This document shows, piece after piece, positions 63,101-64,000 of a stretch of DNA of 64,000 bases. Numbering within the stretch: the stretch's first letter is position 1; every line of letters starts with the position of its first letter. The notes under the pieces are model-generated. The model ran no database searches, was not told the DNA's origin, and was given only the letters and a program-made list of their open reading frames with translations. A program made the position numbers and the translations under genes. Origin of the DNA: Octopus vulgaris. Its lineage: Eukaryota. The stretch spans positions 57,846,001-57,910,000 of the forward strand of contig OX597827.1 of NCBI GenBank assembly GCA_951406725.2, given 5' to 3'.

Positions 63101-64000
63101 ACATTCTGCAGACATTGTTTTTCTAAAATGTTTTTTACTATAGATCAATATACTCCAACACCATTAGATAGCTATTATCTATATTTTAACCTAATACCCT
63201 CATCTTAGGTTCTTCTTCAGCAGTTTTACTTATAATTAGAGTAATATCATACCTTTATACTTATGGTACCTTAAATCTTCATAAATTGTAAATTATAATC
63301 TATATCTAATGTCCTATAACTTTTAGCCTTCTATATACATTTCCTCTTTTACATTTCTTGTTATTTTCCTTCATTTTTTTCATCCTATTCTATTACGATG
63401 TGTAATACAGTTTTTGTCCTTGGGTAGCAACTGTTACTTCTTATTTGCTTACTCTTAGAAAGCATGAGAAATGGTTAATGTTTCCTTCAAACTTTGCTTC
63501 TTTTTTACATTTATTCAAACTCCAAAGGATCCCTTTCAACACCCACCACTTCTGCTCATAATCAGAAATGCACATATTATCAGCCACTAAAGGACATGTT
63601 CAAGCAACAGACAAGCAAATCTGTGGTAATGAGCAGAATATTTGCTATAACAATATTTCTGCTTCTGTAACTCAACACTGAGTCTATCTGAAATGTAATG
63701 GAAAATAGGTCGTTTTCCAATAACTTCCAGGTAATAAAAGCAAAGTTTGAAGGGAATGGTAATCATTTCCTTTGATTTCTAGATAGAAACAAAAAGAAAA
63801 TAACACTTACTGACCAAAGAGGAATTAAAAAAAAAAAAATTCATTAGTGTTATTTTTCTCTTCATTATTTAATTCTTTACATTTTTACCATACCTCCTGC
63901 CCTACACAGTCTACACTCATGAATATTATAGTGTATTTAGGCCACCCAAAACTATTCTGCCACTCACTTAGAAGTGGAGCCTAAATTGTTTTTCTTTCTT

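Noticed and set aside
63880-64000. Possible further upstream exon with donor GAG|gtatgg
   Set aside because: The frame needed to join exon A hits a stop within ~15 codons and no good acceptor is present.

Overview
AT-rich, microsatellite- and SINE-rich eukaryotic DNA. The repeat landscape looks like a coleoid cephalopod (octopus-like); this is inferred from repeat style, not checked against a database. Nearly all ORF-track entries are microsatellite or repeat artefacts. The real gene content is the 3' end of one minus-strand, intron-rich gene whose short exons the ORF track does not show in the right frame. Its exons are 56314-56195 and 46594-46461, followed either by terminal exon 38623-38513 or by 32581-32516 plus terminal exon 30419-30342, then a probable multi-kb 3' UTR. 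The product is an unidentified protein with a charged, coiled-coil-like segment and Ser/Tyr-rich alternative C-termini. Mobile DNA includes a decayed Gypsy element interrupted by a 1.1-kb Helitron with both termini, a 5'-truncated RTE LINE with an 11-bp TSD, piggyBac-type and Tc1/mariner-type MITEs, a possible solo LTR and several tRNA-derived SINE families. The most interesting observations are: short (TA)n-embedded elements carrying minimal Penelope-type hammerhead ribozyme motifs, including a head-to-head pair with a U3-A8 core; a CpG-rich multi-hairpin module at ~70-340 with a structurally conserved relative at ~20550-20680; alternative last exons with an Rbfox-motif cluster; and several long inverted-repeat configurations.
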